Under the pieces are notes generated by a model. That model was not told the origin of the DNA, searched no databases, and saw nothing but the letters and a program-made list of their open reading frames with translations. A program made the translations under genes and the position numbers. Positions 17,267 to 26,912 of a stretch of DNA of 64,000 bases are shown here, piece by piece. This stretch comes from Patescibacteria group bacterium (lineage in GTDB: Bacteria > Patescibacteriota > Microgenomatia > UBA1400 > Chisholmbacteraceae). Where the stretch lies: positions 711-64,710 of the forward strand of contig JADFLW010000001.1 in the NCBI GenBank assembly GCA_022564195.1. The letters are read 5' to 3'. Positions within the stretch are counted from its first letter, which is position 1. Each line of letters opens with the position of its first letter.

Positions 17267-17306
17267 GCCTCAATTGGGTCGAGGCGGGAGGCGCGGTTGT
17301 GATTGT
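17267..17306 (+). repeat. left ~40 bp direct repeat flanking the AT-rich cassette
   Basis: gcctcaattgggtcgaggcgggaggcgcggttgtgattgt; ~80% identical to 18005-18054. Confidence 0.6.
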
Positions 17307-17341
17307 AAAATCAGTTCGATAATACACTCTCAGTAATATTT

Positions 17342-17983
17342 ATGAAGTTAACAGAATTGACTAAGGATATTTACAATGTAAATTTTCCTACACGAACGGA
17401 GTTGGCATCCACGTTCTTAAGATTTCAAGAATATTATGAATCACCTAAATTTAGAAGAAAAATATTTACACTAGCAGAGTATAAAAAGTGGTATATTGCC
17501 AACTCTCCTGGCGGTAAAAAAACCGGTAAATTTACTTATTATCAAGACTGGGGTGGATTTAATATGCCCAGTTTTGCTTTGAAGCCCTTCTATCAGGGAA
17601 AATTTAATCCTTTATCTACAAAAGAAAAGAGATTTCTTGACTTATTTAAAGATAAAAAGGGGAAGTTTTACATAATTGGCACTTATGGAAAAGTTCCTGA
17701 AAAACTTTTAAGACACGAAATTGCTCATGGATTCTTTTACACAAATTCAGAGTATAAAAACGAAGTTTTGAGAATTTTGAGAAAATTAGATAAGAAGACT
17801 AGAACAAAGATAAATGATTATTTATATTCCTCGGGCGGTTACCACCCGGAGGTTTGGGTTGACGAGACACATACGCACCTTATGAGCAATCTAGGAGAGT
17901 TAGAAAAGGCAGGTGTGAATGTTTCAAAACTTAAAGAAGTTAATAAGAACCTGAATAGCTCATTAGACAAGTATTTGAATTAA
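17342..17983 (+). CDS. hypothetical protein with HExxH motif (HEIAHGFF), AT-rich, likely horizontally acquired
   Basis: ORF track; visibly lower GC than all neighbouring genes. Confidence 0.6.
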   Translation: MKLTELTKDIYNVNFPTRTELASTFLRFQEYYESPKFRRKIFTLAEYKKWYIANSPGGKKTGKFTYYQDWGGFNMPSFALKPFYQGKFNPLSTKEKRFLDLFKDKKGKFYIIGTYGKVPEKLLRHEIAHGFFYTNSEYKNEVLRILRKLDKKTRTKINDYLYSSGGYHPEVWVDETHTHLMSNLGELEKAGVNVSKLKEVNKNLNSSLDKYLN

Positions 17984-18004
17984 TGATTCTACTCGTATTT
18001 TAGT

Positions 18005-18054
18005 GCCTCGATTGGGTCGAGACTTGAGGCGGGCAGCGCCTCTTTTGTGATTGT
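18005..18054 (+). repeat. right ~50 bp direct repeat flanking the AT-rich cassette
   Basis: gcctcgattgggtcgagacttgaggcgggcagcgcctcttttgtgattgt. Confidence 0.6.
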
Positions 18055-18068
18055 CTCTGGTTTGACGT

Positions 18069-19103
18069 TCAAAGAAAAGGATGAACTGGGTGGGATCCGT
18101 CTGTTTCTTTTGCTTGTTTGGGTTGTTCTTTGAAGAGCGCGAGTTCACCTGCGTAGACCATTTTTCCGTTTTCCGCCAGCATCAGCTTATCCTCAGGAAA
18201 ACCTGGATTTTCAAAGGCAAAATGCTGCCAGTTCGGGTTCAAGTGCGTGAACACCACCATCGTCTGGTCTGTTAGCACCTGGCGCTTTTTCAAGTTCGTG
18301 TAGAGGCGATAAATATCCTTTGGGGCAGAATGAGGCGTTGACGTGTCCCGATTATGCGGGTTTGGGCATCCGACGATGAAATAATCGAGTGGGCTGGAAT
18401 CCTTGGCGGCAAGTGCGATGTTTCTTTCTAATTTTCCTCCTTTGCCAATTTCAAAGTCAGGCATGTACAGGTATCGCTTCTTTCTGGAGTCAATGATATA
18501 TCCATAGCAAGTGTGTTTTCCTTCGAAATGACGGGGACTTCGTTGCTGGTAGGACCACTTATGCACGGCATCGAAGGGTACGAACTTCAGCCCGTCAATC
18601 TCTTCTGGTGTATTGAGAACCAGCGTATGGACGTGTAAGGTTCTGCCATCTGTTATTCTCTGGAGTCTGTGATAGATATCAGTCACTCGTGTATGGTTCG
18701 TGTTGCCCCCGGCACCTTTCGAACCGGTTGGGTCGAAGCCATTCGTGGTTAACAGGAGGTCAACAACACCCTGTGGTCCAAAAAGGTGGACTGGGTAGGT
18801 ATCCTCCTGACCAGAACCAAAATTGGCGAACCGGGAATCAAAGACTCCAGTCCACGGATGCATTGGATCGAAATGATCCATATGGCCATGGGTGACTACA
18901 AACACCGCGTCTTTATGAAATAACCAATCACCGAAGTCGCTCCAGTTTTGTGGTGTAACGTCAATGAGGTATGGCCTGCCGTCAACTACCAATAGGAGAC
19001 CGGAATGATGCCAGCCTGGCCTCGGTTCTACCGCCCCTGCACCAATAATTTGACAGAAGTTCTGAGGTTGTAAATGGCTTGTCAGGTTTTTTGCGTCCGT
19101 CAT
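18069..19103 (-). CDS. metallo-beta-lactamase-fold hydrolase
   Basis: ORF track; VVTHGHMDHFD motif. Confidence 0.7.
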   Translation of the reverse strand: MTDAKNLTSHLQPQNFCQIIGAGAVEPRPGWHHSGLLLVVDGRPYLIDVTPQNWSDFGDWLFHKDAVFVVTHGHMDHFDPMHPWTGVFDSRFANFGSGQEDTYPVHLFGPQGVVDLLLTTNGFDPTGSKGAGGNTNHTRVTDIYHRLQRITDGRTLHVHTLVLNTPEEIDGLKFVPFDAVHKWSYQQRSPRHFEGKHTCYGYIIDSRKKRYLYMPDFEIGKGGKLERNIALAAKDSSPLDYFIVGCPNPHNRDTSTPHSAPKDIYRLYTNLKKRQVLTDQTMVVFTHLNPNWQHFAFENPGFPEDKLMLAENGKMVYAGELALFKEQPKQAKETDGSHPVHPFL

Positions 19104-19145
19104 GGGCAGATATTTTGGTGCTCCTTACTATTTAACGCATAGTCT

Positions 19146-20642
19146 TTGGGCAAAAGCAAACGCATAGGAACTACACATCGTGCCGGTAGGCGCCTAGGTT
19201 CTGGCTGTGCTACGATTGAAGCAATGAAACGCAGCTGGTTATTTTTGGCGTTTGGTACCGCCTTTCTCGTCTTGAAATTGGTCAATCTGGCTCCACAAGT
19301 CTCCGATGAAAATCTTTATTTCTACGCGGCTCAGCTTGTCGCAAATGGCGTTGTCCCATATCGGGACTTTTTCTTTCAGCACCCGCCAACGCAGATTTTG
19401 CTGTTGGCGTTTTTGATCAAGCTTTTCGGATTTCGTCTCTTTGCTTTCAAGTTAGTTCATGTTTTGGTCACACTGGGCTCGGCGTTTTTGCTGTATCGCC
19501 TGACTGGCTCCAAACGTGGAGCGATGGGGCTTTTTGCTTCGCTGTTTTTCCTGTCTTCGTCCGTCATCTTCACTGCTACTGATTTTGCTGTTGGAGTACA
19601 CGAGGCAACATTCTTTCTGATCTTGTCGTGGTATCTTCTTGGCAAGCGCCCGAAGCTTGCCGGTCTGGCGCTTTTTTTGGGACTCACAATACGCATGTAT
19701 ATTCTTCCTGCTGGGCTTGGTCTAGTTGCGTATGCATTTTGGCGAGGGAACCGGCGAGGCACGACGCACTTTCTTTTATACAGTTTGGTTCCGTTTGCTC
19801 TTTTCAACCTGGTTCTTCTTGGTCTTTTTGGAGAGGGCTTCTTGACACCCGTTTGGCGCTATCATTTCCTGAAACCTACTGTTGAGATCCGTCAGCAAGC
19901 GTTTACGGATTTTTTCCGAAATGAAAAGTTCTTGCTTTTGTTCTCTGCTGCCTCGGCGTTTATTCTGTTGCGCAGGGCAGTTGCTGGTCGATGGATATTT
20001 CCTCCGGCGCCCGCCCGCCTATCAGGCGATGTGCATCTTGGATTGGCTGCCGCCTTTGGGCTTGCTGCTCAATTCATTTTTCTCTCCCGTCTGCCTACCG
20101 TCTTTCTTATCTATTTCGTCACCGTGATTCCTTTTCTTGCGGTTTTGGCGTCATTGACGCTTGCCGTGTTTTTGCCAGCGCGGAGTCGAAAAGTGGCCTA
20201 TCTTTTCGTGGTGTTGGTTTTTGGGCTCAATGCCCTTAGTTATGAGAAAAATATGGCTGGCAAGTATGCTTTTGGTGCGTTGGACGATATTGTTGCCGAT
20301 GTCAGGACGGTGACCGGCGCCCGTGAGACTATTTTTGGGGCATATCTGGTTACGCCTGCGGTTGCATTGTATTCAGATCGGTCCATCACCGATCACGAGG
20401 TCGATACGAATACACAACGGTTCATGACCGGTTTGCTCTCGGCGGAAACCTCTACTCGTTTGGCAACGGGCAGTGGCGTGTTTTTGCAGAGTGTGGTTTT
20501 TGACGAAGGTACGGGAGCGGTTCGCAACGTTGACCCATTTGTCGATCCCGGTATCCTTGTTGAATCGTGTCGTCCGTATCGGATGTATCCCGTCGACCAA
20601 GATTTCGGATTTAACCGGTTGGTTTTATGGAAGTGCTCGTAG
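19146..20642 (+). CDS. membrane glycosyltransferase, GT-C fold (GT39/ArnT/PMT-like); true start possibly ATG 19224
   Basis: ORF track; multiple TM helices; DE motif in first loop (VSDENLYFYAAQ). Confidence 0.5.
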   Translation: MGKSKRIGTTHRAGRRLGSGCATIEAMKRSWLFLAFGTAFLVLKLVNLAPQVSDENLYFYAAQLVANGVVPYRDFFFQHPPTQILLLAFLIKLFGFRLFAFKLVHVLVTLGSAFLLYRLTGSKRGAMGLFASLFFLSSSVIFTATDFAVGVHEATFFLILSWYLLGKRPKLAGLALFLGLTIRMYILPAGLGLVAYAFWRGNRRGTTHFLLYSLVPFALFNLVLLGLFGEGFLTPVWRYHFLKPTVEIRQQAFTDFFRNEKFLLLFSAASAFILLRRAVAGRWIFPPAPARLSGDVHLGLAAAFGLAAQFIFLSRLPTVFLIYFVTVIPFLAVLASLTLAVFLPARSRKVAYLFVVLVFGLNALSYEKNMAGKYAFGALDDIVADVRTVTGARETIFGAYLVTPAVALYSDRSITDHEVDTNTQRFMTGLLSAETSTRLATGSGVFLQSVVFDEGTGAVRNVDPFVDPGILVESCRPYRMYPVDQDFGFNRLVLWKCS

Positions 20643-20714
20643 CCTCAGGACGACTTCCACGGATTCCCGTTTCTCATTTGACAAACTATCCGTTCTTGGG
20701 TACTATGAGGCGCT

Positions 20715-21572
20715 ATGGAAGAAGGGAAAAAACCTTCTGCCCAAGATAAACCAGAGAAACCTGCTTCTGGGCCCTCCAAAAAATCCGCTTCGAGGAAAAA
20801 GAAACCTCTTATGGTTCTTCTGGCCTTGTTGGTGTTCTTGCTGATTGGAGGACTGGCTTTTTGGCAGGGAACTCAACGAAGAGAAGGGGAGGGTGAGGAG
20901 CCGGTTGCAACGGAGAGCGCCGATTTGGCTGATGAACAAGAGGCTGCGCCGAGTCCGACGCTGTCTCCGACGGAAGGTGAGGTGCCGACTCCAACGCCGA
21001 CCAGCACTCCGACCCCGACCCCGACGCCCACTCCAGCTCCGGTGACCAAGACATTCGACTCCAGTGATACGATTGACGGATTCCGATCAAGCAACGCAGG
21101 AGGGAACAGCGGCTTGGACATTCGAACTGGAAGGAACGTGAATCTCATCACTCGGGGATTTGCCAGCTTTGGCATCGGTGATATCCCCGATGGAGCGACG
21201 ATCGAGAAAGCGGTGTTGCGATTGTATCAAGCCAATATCATCGGCAACCCGTATGGTGCAGGAATCCGGGTGATGGTTGATCATCTCGATTACGGTGACA
21301 CGCTTGAGCACGCGGATTATGCCGCTCCTTCGATCTCGGCGAGCTTCGCCACGCTTTCAACGAACGCAAATCTTGAGTGGAAAGAGGTCGATGTGACCGA
21401 TGCGGTGCGCAATGATATGGAAAACAACCGTGAACGCTCCCAGTTCAGGACCCATCTTGCAGTTGAAAATATTGGTGGAGACGTTCAAGGCGATTTTGCC
21501 TACTTTGAGTCAGCGGACAACTCGCAAGGCACCGGCAACACTCCTAAATTGGTGGTCACGTACACTGAATAG
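20715..21572 (+). CDS. membrane-anchored protein with Pro/Thr-rich linker and C-terminal domain of unknown function
   Basis: ORF track; N-terminal TM, TPTPTPTSTPTPTPTPTPAP linker. Confidence 0.55.
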   Translation: MEEGKKPSAQDKPEKPASGPSKKSASRKKKPLMVLLALLVFLLIGGLAFWQGTQRREGEGEEPVATESADLADEQEAAPSPTLSPTEGEVPTPTPTSTPTPTPTPTPAPVTKTFDSSDTIDGFRSSNAGGNSGLDIRTGRNVNLITRGFASFGIGDIPDGATIEKAVLRLYQANIIGNPYGAGIRVMVDHLDYGDTLEHADYAAPSISASFATLSTNANLEWKEVDVTDAVRNDMENNRERSQFRTHLAVENIGGDVQGDFAYFESADNSQGTGNTPKLVVTYTE

Positions 21573-21950
21573 GACTCGTACGAAGCTAGGCGCGGCCGGG
21601 GACCTTCGGTCGGGTGCCGATCGGGCGAACGTCTATGTGCCTTTTCCGGCCTTCCTTTCCATAAGGGTGTTTTCCCTTTTGTACTCTTGTTTGCCACTTA
21701 AGGATGGCTCTGGAGTCATGTGCTGGAGTGCTTTTAGTGGATTTCGTGTCTTCGTTGCTCATATCTCTCCTCTTCGCTTCGTATTCTAGTCGAAGGACGT
21801 GTTTACTGCAAGCCTCTGGGAGTTTCTACAAGTATTCTTTCAATCTCCGGCTCCGGATGGGGTTGCGCAGTTTCCTCAGGAACTTCTGGCTGTTTCATTT
21901 TTCGTGTATGGGTATTGTATAGCAAAGGGGAAGAGCACAAAGAGATGAGG

Positions 21951-23258
21951 CTATTCTTTCAGGTAGTCGATGAGTTGGCGGCGGACATCCGGGTTGCGGA
22001 GGCGTCTTAAGGCTTGGGCTTCAATTTGGCGGGCGCGCTCGCGGGTGAATCCCATTTTGCGACCAACTTCCTCGAGGGTGTAGGGTATTCCATCGAGAAA
22101 ACCAAAGCGGAGCTTTAGGACCTGGACTTCCCGGGGAGGGAGGGTGTGCAAGACATCCCGCAGCTGTTCTTTTAAGAGGTTGTGGTTGGCATCCGTTGAG
22201 GGATCAGCGTCTTTGTTTTTGATGAACTTGATGAGGGCGGAATCGTCTTCTTCATCGCCGGTTGGGGTTTCTAGGGATATCGGCCGTCTAGCAATCTGCT
22301 GTATCTCTTCGATCTTTTTCGTCGTATACGTTTGTGGCTTTTTCGTCTTCCCTTTCTTTTTCTTTTGCTCAAATTTTTGTTTGGCTTGCTCCGTCATTTT
22401 TCTTGCGAGTTCATCCGGTTTCGGGTCGCGGCCGAGCTCTTGGGTGAGCCCGTGTTGAAGTCGCAGCATCCAATTGATTTGCTCGACCATGTGCACGGGG
22501 ACCCTAATCGTGCGGCCTTGATCGGCGATGGCACGGGTCACGGCTTGGCGGATCCACCAGGTGGCGTAGGTTGAAAATTTATGTCCACGTCTGTAGTCGA
22601 ATTTCTTCGCGGCACGCATGAGGCCGATGTTTCCCTCCTGGATGAGGTCGAGGAATGGAACGCCGCGGCCCATATATCTTTTGGCGACGCTTATCACTAA
22701 TCGAGAGTTGGCGGTAATCAGATGCTCTCGAGCCGCCCAGCCGTCCTCGATGATCGGTCTCAGCTGTTTTCGGTCTTTTCTGGAAGCACTCCCTCTGGCC
22801 ATTGCTTCCCGGGCTTTTCTGCCTCGCTCGATTCGCTTCGAAAGGGAGACTTCTTGCTTAGCGGTGAGCAGTGGGATTCGTCCCACGTCCTTCATATAGA
22901 GGCCTATCGAGTCGAGTGCATCCACTTGTCCGAGCGGGTCTTCCTCTTTTTCTCTCTGGCTTTCATCGATCAGTTCTTTATCAGTAGGGCCTTCGATAAT
23001 GGAGTCATCTTCTAGATAGAGAAGTCCTGCCTCTCTTATGGCATCGTATGCTTGCTCGACAAGATCGAGGTTTTTCTCAGGTTCGGGGATGACGTGCAGG
23101 AGGTCCTCTTCTGTGACGAAGCCTTTGTCTCGCCCTAATTCGACAATCTCGACGAGAGCAGGATTGTCTCCAAGATCGGAAACGTTTTCCACCGGACCTC
23201 CTCCAGTTCCGCGAATCGGTGTATGCAGTGGTGTTGGTTGAAATTCTTTCGATGACAT
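21951..23258 (-). CDS. rpoD: RNA polymerase sigma-70 factor (RpoD/SigA-like), 435 aa
   Basis: regions 2-4 motifs (IADQGRTIRVPVHMVEQINW.., TLEEVGRKMGFTRERARQIEAQALRRLR); start set at internal ATG 23256-23258 because track N-terminus would overlap truB. Confidence 0.85.
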   Translation of the reverse strand: MSSKEFQPTPLHTPIRGTGGGPVENVSDLGDNPALVEIVELGRDKGFVTEEDLLHVIPEPEKNLDLVEQAYDAIREAGLLYLEDDSIIEGPTDKELIDESQREKEEDPLGQVDALDSIGLYMKDVGRIPLLTAKQEVSLSKRIERGRKAREAMARGSASRKDRKQLRPIIEDGWAAREHLITANSRLVISVAKRYMGRGVPFLDLIQEGNIGLMRAAKKFDYRRGHKFSTYATWWIRQAVTRAIADQGRTIRVPVHMVEQINWMLRLQHGLTQELGRDPKPDELARKMTEQAKQKFEQKKKKGKTKKPQTYTTKKIEEIQQIARRPISLETPTGDEEDDSALIKFIKNKDADPSTDANHNLLKEQLRDVLHTLPPREVQVLKLRFGFLDGIPYTLEEVGRKMGFTRERARQIEAQALRRLRNPDVRRQLIDYLKE

Positions 23259-23337
23259 TTCTCTCGAGTCTATTATACCTTGCGGGCGTAATGTGTAATG
23301 GTTACCCTTATCTTCTGATACAATTCCGCTAGAGTTT

Positions 23338-24000
23338 ATGTTTCTTCTTGTTGACAAACCCAAAGGAATGACGAGCCATGATGTTGTGGATCGGCTGCGC
23401 ACGATCACGGGGGAGCGGAGAGTCGGACACGCGGGGACTTTGGACCCGAATGCAACGGGACTGTTGATTTTGGGTATTGGGCGGGAGTCGACGAAGAAAC
23501 TTGGCAAGATTTCAAAAGATACGCGCAAGACGTATATGGCTGAGATTGTTTTAGGAGAAGAGCGAGACACCGATGACAGTGAAGGGAAGGTGGTTTTAAA
23601 GGCAAAAGGGGTGTTGCCGCCCGGCAGGAAGGAAGTTGTTAAAATCCTGCGTGAGTTTTTGGGTGAGCAGGAGCAGATTCCTCCAAAGTACTCAGCTATA
23701 AAGCTCAAAGGAAAAAAGGCATACGAGCTGGCACGTAAGGGGATGAAGTTTACTTTGATACCGAGAAAAGTATTCGTACATAAGATAAATCTGATAAGAT
23801 ATAAATACCCAAACTTGGAGATTGAGGTTGAAGTTTCTGCGGGAACCTACATTCGGGCGCTGGCGCGGGATATTGGACGGAAATTGGGAATTGGGGCGTA
23901 TTTGAGTGAGCTTCGTAGAACGAAGATAGGGGAGTATTTTGTGGAGGATGCAGTTTCTTTGGAGAAACTGACGAGAGAGAATTGGAAGAGGTTCGTCTGA
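23338..24000 (+). CDS. truB: tRNA pseudouridine(55) synthase
   Basis: ORF track; GHAGTLDPNATGLLILGIG motif. Confidence 0.9.
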   Translation: MFLLVDKPKGMTSHDVVDRLRTITGERRVGHAGTLDPNATGLLILGIGRESTKKLGKISKDTRKTYMAEIVLGEERDTDDSEGKVVLKAKGVLPPGRKEVVKILREFLGEQEQIPPKYSAIKLKGKKAYELARKGMKFTLIPRKVFVHKINLIRYKYPNLEIEVEVSAGTYIRALARDIGRKLGIGAYLSELRRTKIGEYFVEDAVSLEKLTRENWKRFV

Positions 24001-24149
24001 CAGGGTCCATCCCTTAGGCCTATAATGGCTAGAAGTCGAGTTTTTTGAGCTTCTTTTGCAGGGCTTCGAAGGAGAAGTGCTTTTTTGCAATTCGGAAGGA
24101 CAGGAATCGGATTCGCATGAGATTAATCTCGTTATTCTTCTTAAGAAAT

Positions 24150-24190
24150 CCTTTTTCAACGCGCTCCGGCCGGAGCGCCAACAAAAAGGA
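24150..24190. repeat. ~40 bp extended palindrome, copy 2 of 2 (see 12530-12568)
   Basis: cctttttcaacgcgctccggccggagcgccaacaaaaagga. Confidence 0.6.
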
Positions 24191-24417
24191 ATTGCAGATG
24201 ATGTTTATTGCTTTGTAGGGAAGTAGTTGTTTGCGCTTGCTGAGTACTAGCGGTCTATCGTCATGATCCCTTCGATCTATTTAGCGTAACCTTCATCGAC
24301 TGGTTCTGGGAGTTTCCTGCTGATTTCGCCCGCTTGATCAGCGAGGAAGGCATTAGGAAAAAGATTTTAGTTAGTGTGAAGAAAAAGTACGGAGCGACAA
24401 CTAAATCCTAAATATAA

Positions 24418-24765
24418 TTATCCTGATTGATCCACGACTATACTAACTCCTTCAGCGAACGCTTCATCTTCACTAAATAGGTCTAAATATTCCTGACGTA
24501 CTTCGGCCGCGACGTCGGATTTCATCCTGATACGCTCCTGAGTTTCTATTTCCATATCTTGCCACATTTTTTCAGCCTCCCACCTTCCGTCCCATAATCT
24601 CCTGAGACCCTGTTTACCACGTTCGCTTAGTTCTCCAAATTGATTTATTTGTGTGGATAAATGGTTATCAAAATATTTTTCAAATCCATAAGGATCTTCT
24701 TGTTCAGCAGGCCCGGCGGGCTCTTCATGAAGATTTTCTCCTAGTTCGTTAGCGTCCATACTCAT
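24418..24765 (-). CDS. hypothetical acidic protein
   Basis: ORF track. Confidence 0.45.
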   Translation of the reverse strand: MSMDANELGENLHEEPAGPAEQEDPYGFEKYFDNHLSTQINQFGELSERGKQGLRRLWDGRWEAEKMWQDMEIETQERIRMKSDVAAEVRQEYLDLFSEDEAFAEGVSIVVDQSG

Positions 24766-24801
24766 TTTTGCTAATCTTAAAAAAATGACTAGTAGATTAT
24801 A

Positions 24802-25587
24802 TCATTCTCTTTGGGCTTCTCTCTTGCGTCTTTTTTCCAGTTCTTGCTTTGCTTTTTCCTGTGTCAGTCCGACTTCCCCGAGACCTTTGACTGCTTTCTG
24901 CTGTTCAGCCAGGAATGCTTTCACTCTTGATTCCGGCATCCATCGTATGGAGACCACCTGACGGGCGAAGGGGAATTCGGCAATCCGCTCTGGCGCTCCT
25001 GGTATCGGCGAGGCGACTGTTTTTCTCTCCTTGCGGGTCACCAGAGTTTTTCTTTCGACTATCAGCCTCGAGTCGTCCTTGGTGATGGTGGTGACGGCAA
25101 CGTTGTTCTCGCCTTTCGGTAGTGTGAACTGCATCGTGCCTTCAGCGCCTTCGAGGGCCCTGGCGATGGCGGAGGTGACTTGTCTCTTGGCGTCGTAATC
25201 GCTGATATCTGGAGCCGCTTCTTGCTTGATGTTGAATTCATCTCCTCTGACGGTGAGTTCTGTTGGTTCGGGGCCAAAGAGCTGTTTGAGTTGCTTCGTG
25301 CCTTCATTGCGCGCTTCTACAACGTGGCCGACACCGTGCTTTTCTGGTTTGAAGAAGCGGGCGGGGCGGAAGATGACGCGCTGCTCACCGGTATCGGTCG
25401 TGTGCGTCCAGACAAGCGTGTTTTCTGCGCCGAGAGTGATTTTCCCGAATGGTTTTGCCTCCGGAGGCTTAGGAAGGGGAGTCTCTTTGCGAGGAATGCC
25501 GGCAGCGATCCTGCCCAGGCGCGTTATTGGCTGTTTCTTCTCGGGTGCTGGGGCCGGTTTTCCTAATTCGACGTCGGCGTCTACCAT
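24802..25587 (-). CDS. hypothetical protein (261 aa)
   Basis: ORF track. Confidence 0.5.
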   Translation of the reverse strand: MVDADVELGKPAPAPEKKQPITRLGRIAAGIPRKETPLPKPPEAKPFGKITLGAENTLVWTHTTDTGEQRVIFRPARFFKPEKHGVGHVVEARNEGTKQLKQLFGPEPTELTVRGDEFNIKQEAAPDISDYDAKRQVTSAIARALEGAEGTMQFTLPKGENNVAVTTITKDDSRLIVERKTLVTRKERKTVASPIPGAPERIAEFPFARQVVSIRWMPESRVKAFLAEQQKAVKGLGEVGLTQEKAKQELEKRRKREAQRE

Positions 25588-25635
25588 GTTCTGGGTTATT
25601 TCTTTATTTCTAATTTTTTCTGATGTTGCTTGCGA

Positions 25636-25959
25636 CTAACCTTCGCTGCTTTCTGAGTGGATGATCTCCATCAGCCGTTCGCTGAGCGGGGGAAGGAATT
25701 CTCCTTCGATGATTTCTGGTTCCTGAGGAGGATTTTCCCATAGCTCAGGATCCCTGGCAATCGCCTCATCGCGACTTTGGACATAGCTCTCTCCCAGTTC
25801 TTCCTTTCTTGTTTCGGCGTAGCCGATTGCTTGTCCTTCTGAAGTTTGCGGCGTCATGCCGCCGTAATGAGAACGCATGGAGTCATCTACCTGTTCGCTT
25901 AACTGTCTGTGGATCTCAAGAGACTCTTGGGAAGATGGAAGTTCTTGATTTGTTGCCAT
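25636..25959 (-). CDS. hypothetical acidic protein
   Basis: ORF track. Confidence 0.45.
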   Translation of the reverse strand: MATNQELPSSQESLEIHRQLSEQVDDSMRSHYGGMTPQTSEGQAIGYAETRKEELGESYVQSRDEAIARDPELWENPPQEPEIIEGEFLPPLSERLMEIIHSESSEG

Positions 25960-26024
25960 TTTTTATTTACTTATTGTTGATTTGATTCTTTTTCGTGAGG
26001 CCTTGGCATTCTGCCGGACAAGCT

Positions 26025-26354
26025 CTAAGCCTTTGAATGCTCAAGGCCTAACCTTGCTTTGGCTGCTTGCACCTTTTTCTCTCGTTTTTGCTTTTTCTTT
26101 TCCGTCTGTATTATTTTTCTTCCGGTGGCTATTTCACTGCTGTCATATTCGGCAGTTGGGAGCGTTTGAGCTCTAGCACTCTGTACCCACGGCGATTCCG
26201 TTATTTGCGCCGGCTCGGCGGCTTTTTTAGTGGCACTTGTTTCTGCCTTTTGAGAAGTGGATGTCGTTGCCCTGCGACGATGGAAAAGCCCTCTGCGCTT
26301 TTTCTTGGGCTCCTTTCCATCGACCTCTAGTACTTCTGCTCTGAACTGAACCAT
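26025..26354 (-). CDS. hypothetical Lys-rich basic protein
   Basis: ORF track. Confidence 0.45.
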   Translation of the reverse strand: MVQFRAEVLEVDGKEPKKKRRGLFHRRRATTSTSQKAETSATKKAAEPAQITESPWVQSARAQTLPTAEYDSSEIATGRKIIQTEKKKQKREKKVQAAKARLGLEHSKA

Positions 26355-26385
26355 ATGATTTCCTTTTGAGTATTATACCACGGTG

Positions 26386-26625
26386 TTAAAAGCGGAGGTT
26401 GAGGGGCTTGAGGATTAAGGCGGAGGAGAGGCCGAGTATGAGGAGGAGCCAGATGACTTGGATGCCGATGAAGATCAAGATGTGCTTGGGCTTGAGGGTG
26501 GTTCCGGTTTTGGCTTGTTTGACGAGGGCGATCACGAGGATGATGGATGGCCAAAGGAGCAAGGGGGCGCCGAGGATAGCTAGGAGGGGTGCGAGTTTGC
26601 CGACAATGTCGGTGAGATCTAGCAT
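26386..26625 (-). CDS. small membrane protein (2 predicted TM helices)
   Basis: ORF track; hydrophobic. Confidence 0.5.
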   Translation of the reverse strand: MLDLTDIVGKLAPLLAILGAPLLLWPSIILVIALVKQAKTGTTLKPKHILIFIGIQVIWLLLILGLSSALILKPLNLRF

Positions 26626-26702
26626 GGATATAGCATAGCATAGCAGTGGATTTTTTGGCAGTGTTTGACGTCAGTAGAGGAACACGTATACAATGAATTT
26701 GT

Positions 26703-26867
26703 ATGGCGAAAGAGAAAAAAGAAACGTCAGAGGAGACGACGACGGTATTGGTGAGCGAAGACGAGAAAGGGAAGAAGAAGTTTCCGGGGCGGCTTATCCT
26801 GATTTATTTTCTCTTGCTGGCTGCCGGACTTTTCATCGGCATCGTTTTCAAACTTGCTTTCCAATAG
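26703..26867 (+). CDS. candidate small membrane protein (54 aa; acidic N-terminus, one C-terminal TM)
   Basis: hand translation MAKEKKETSEETTTVLVSEDEKGKKKFPGRLILIYFLLLAAGLFIGIVFKLAFQ*; alternative to overlapping track ORF 26693..26989. Confidence 0.3.
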   Translation: MAKEKKETSEETTTVLVSEDEKGKKKFPGRLILIYFLLLAAGLFIGIVFKLAFQ

Positions 26868-26912
26868 CTTGCCTTTGGGCCTCGATTTCTTCGAAACTCC
26901 TGTTGGCTGTGT

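Larger units (their letters stand above)
17267..18054 (+). mobile_element. putative single-gene cassette: AT-rich ORF bounded by ~45 bp imperfect direct repeats
   Basis: direct repeats at both ends; sharp drop in GC relative to flanks. Confidence 0.4.

Noticed and set aside
21951-23708. Track ORF giving RpoD a 150 aa N-terminal extension
   Set aside because: The extension overlaps truB (23338..24000) on the other strand and lacks sigma-factor features. An internal ATG at 23256-23258 preceded by an SD begins the recognisable sigma-70 sequence.
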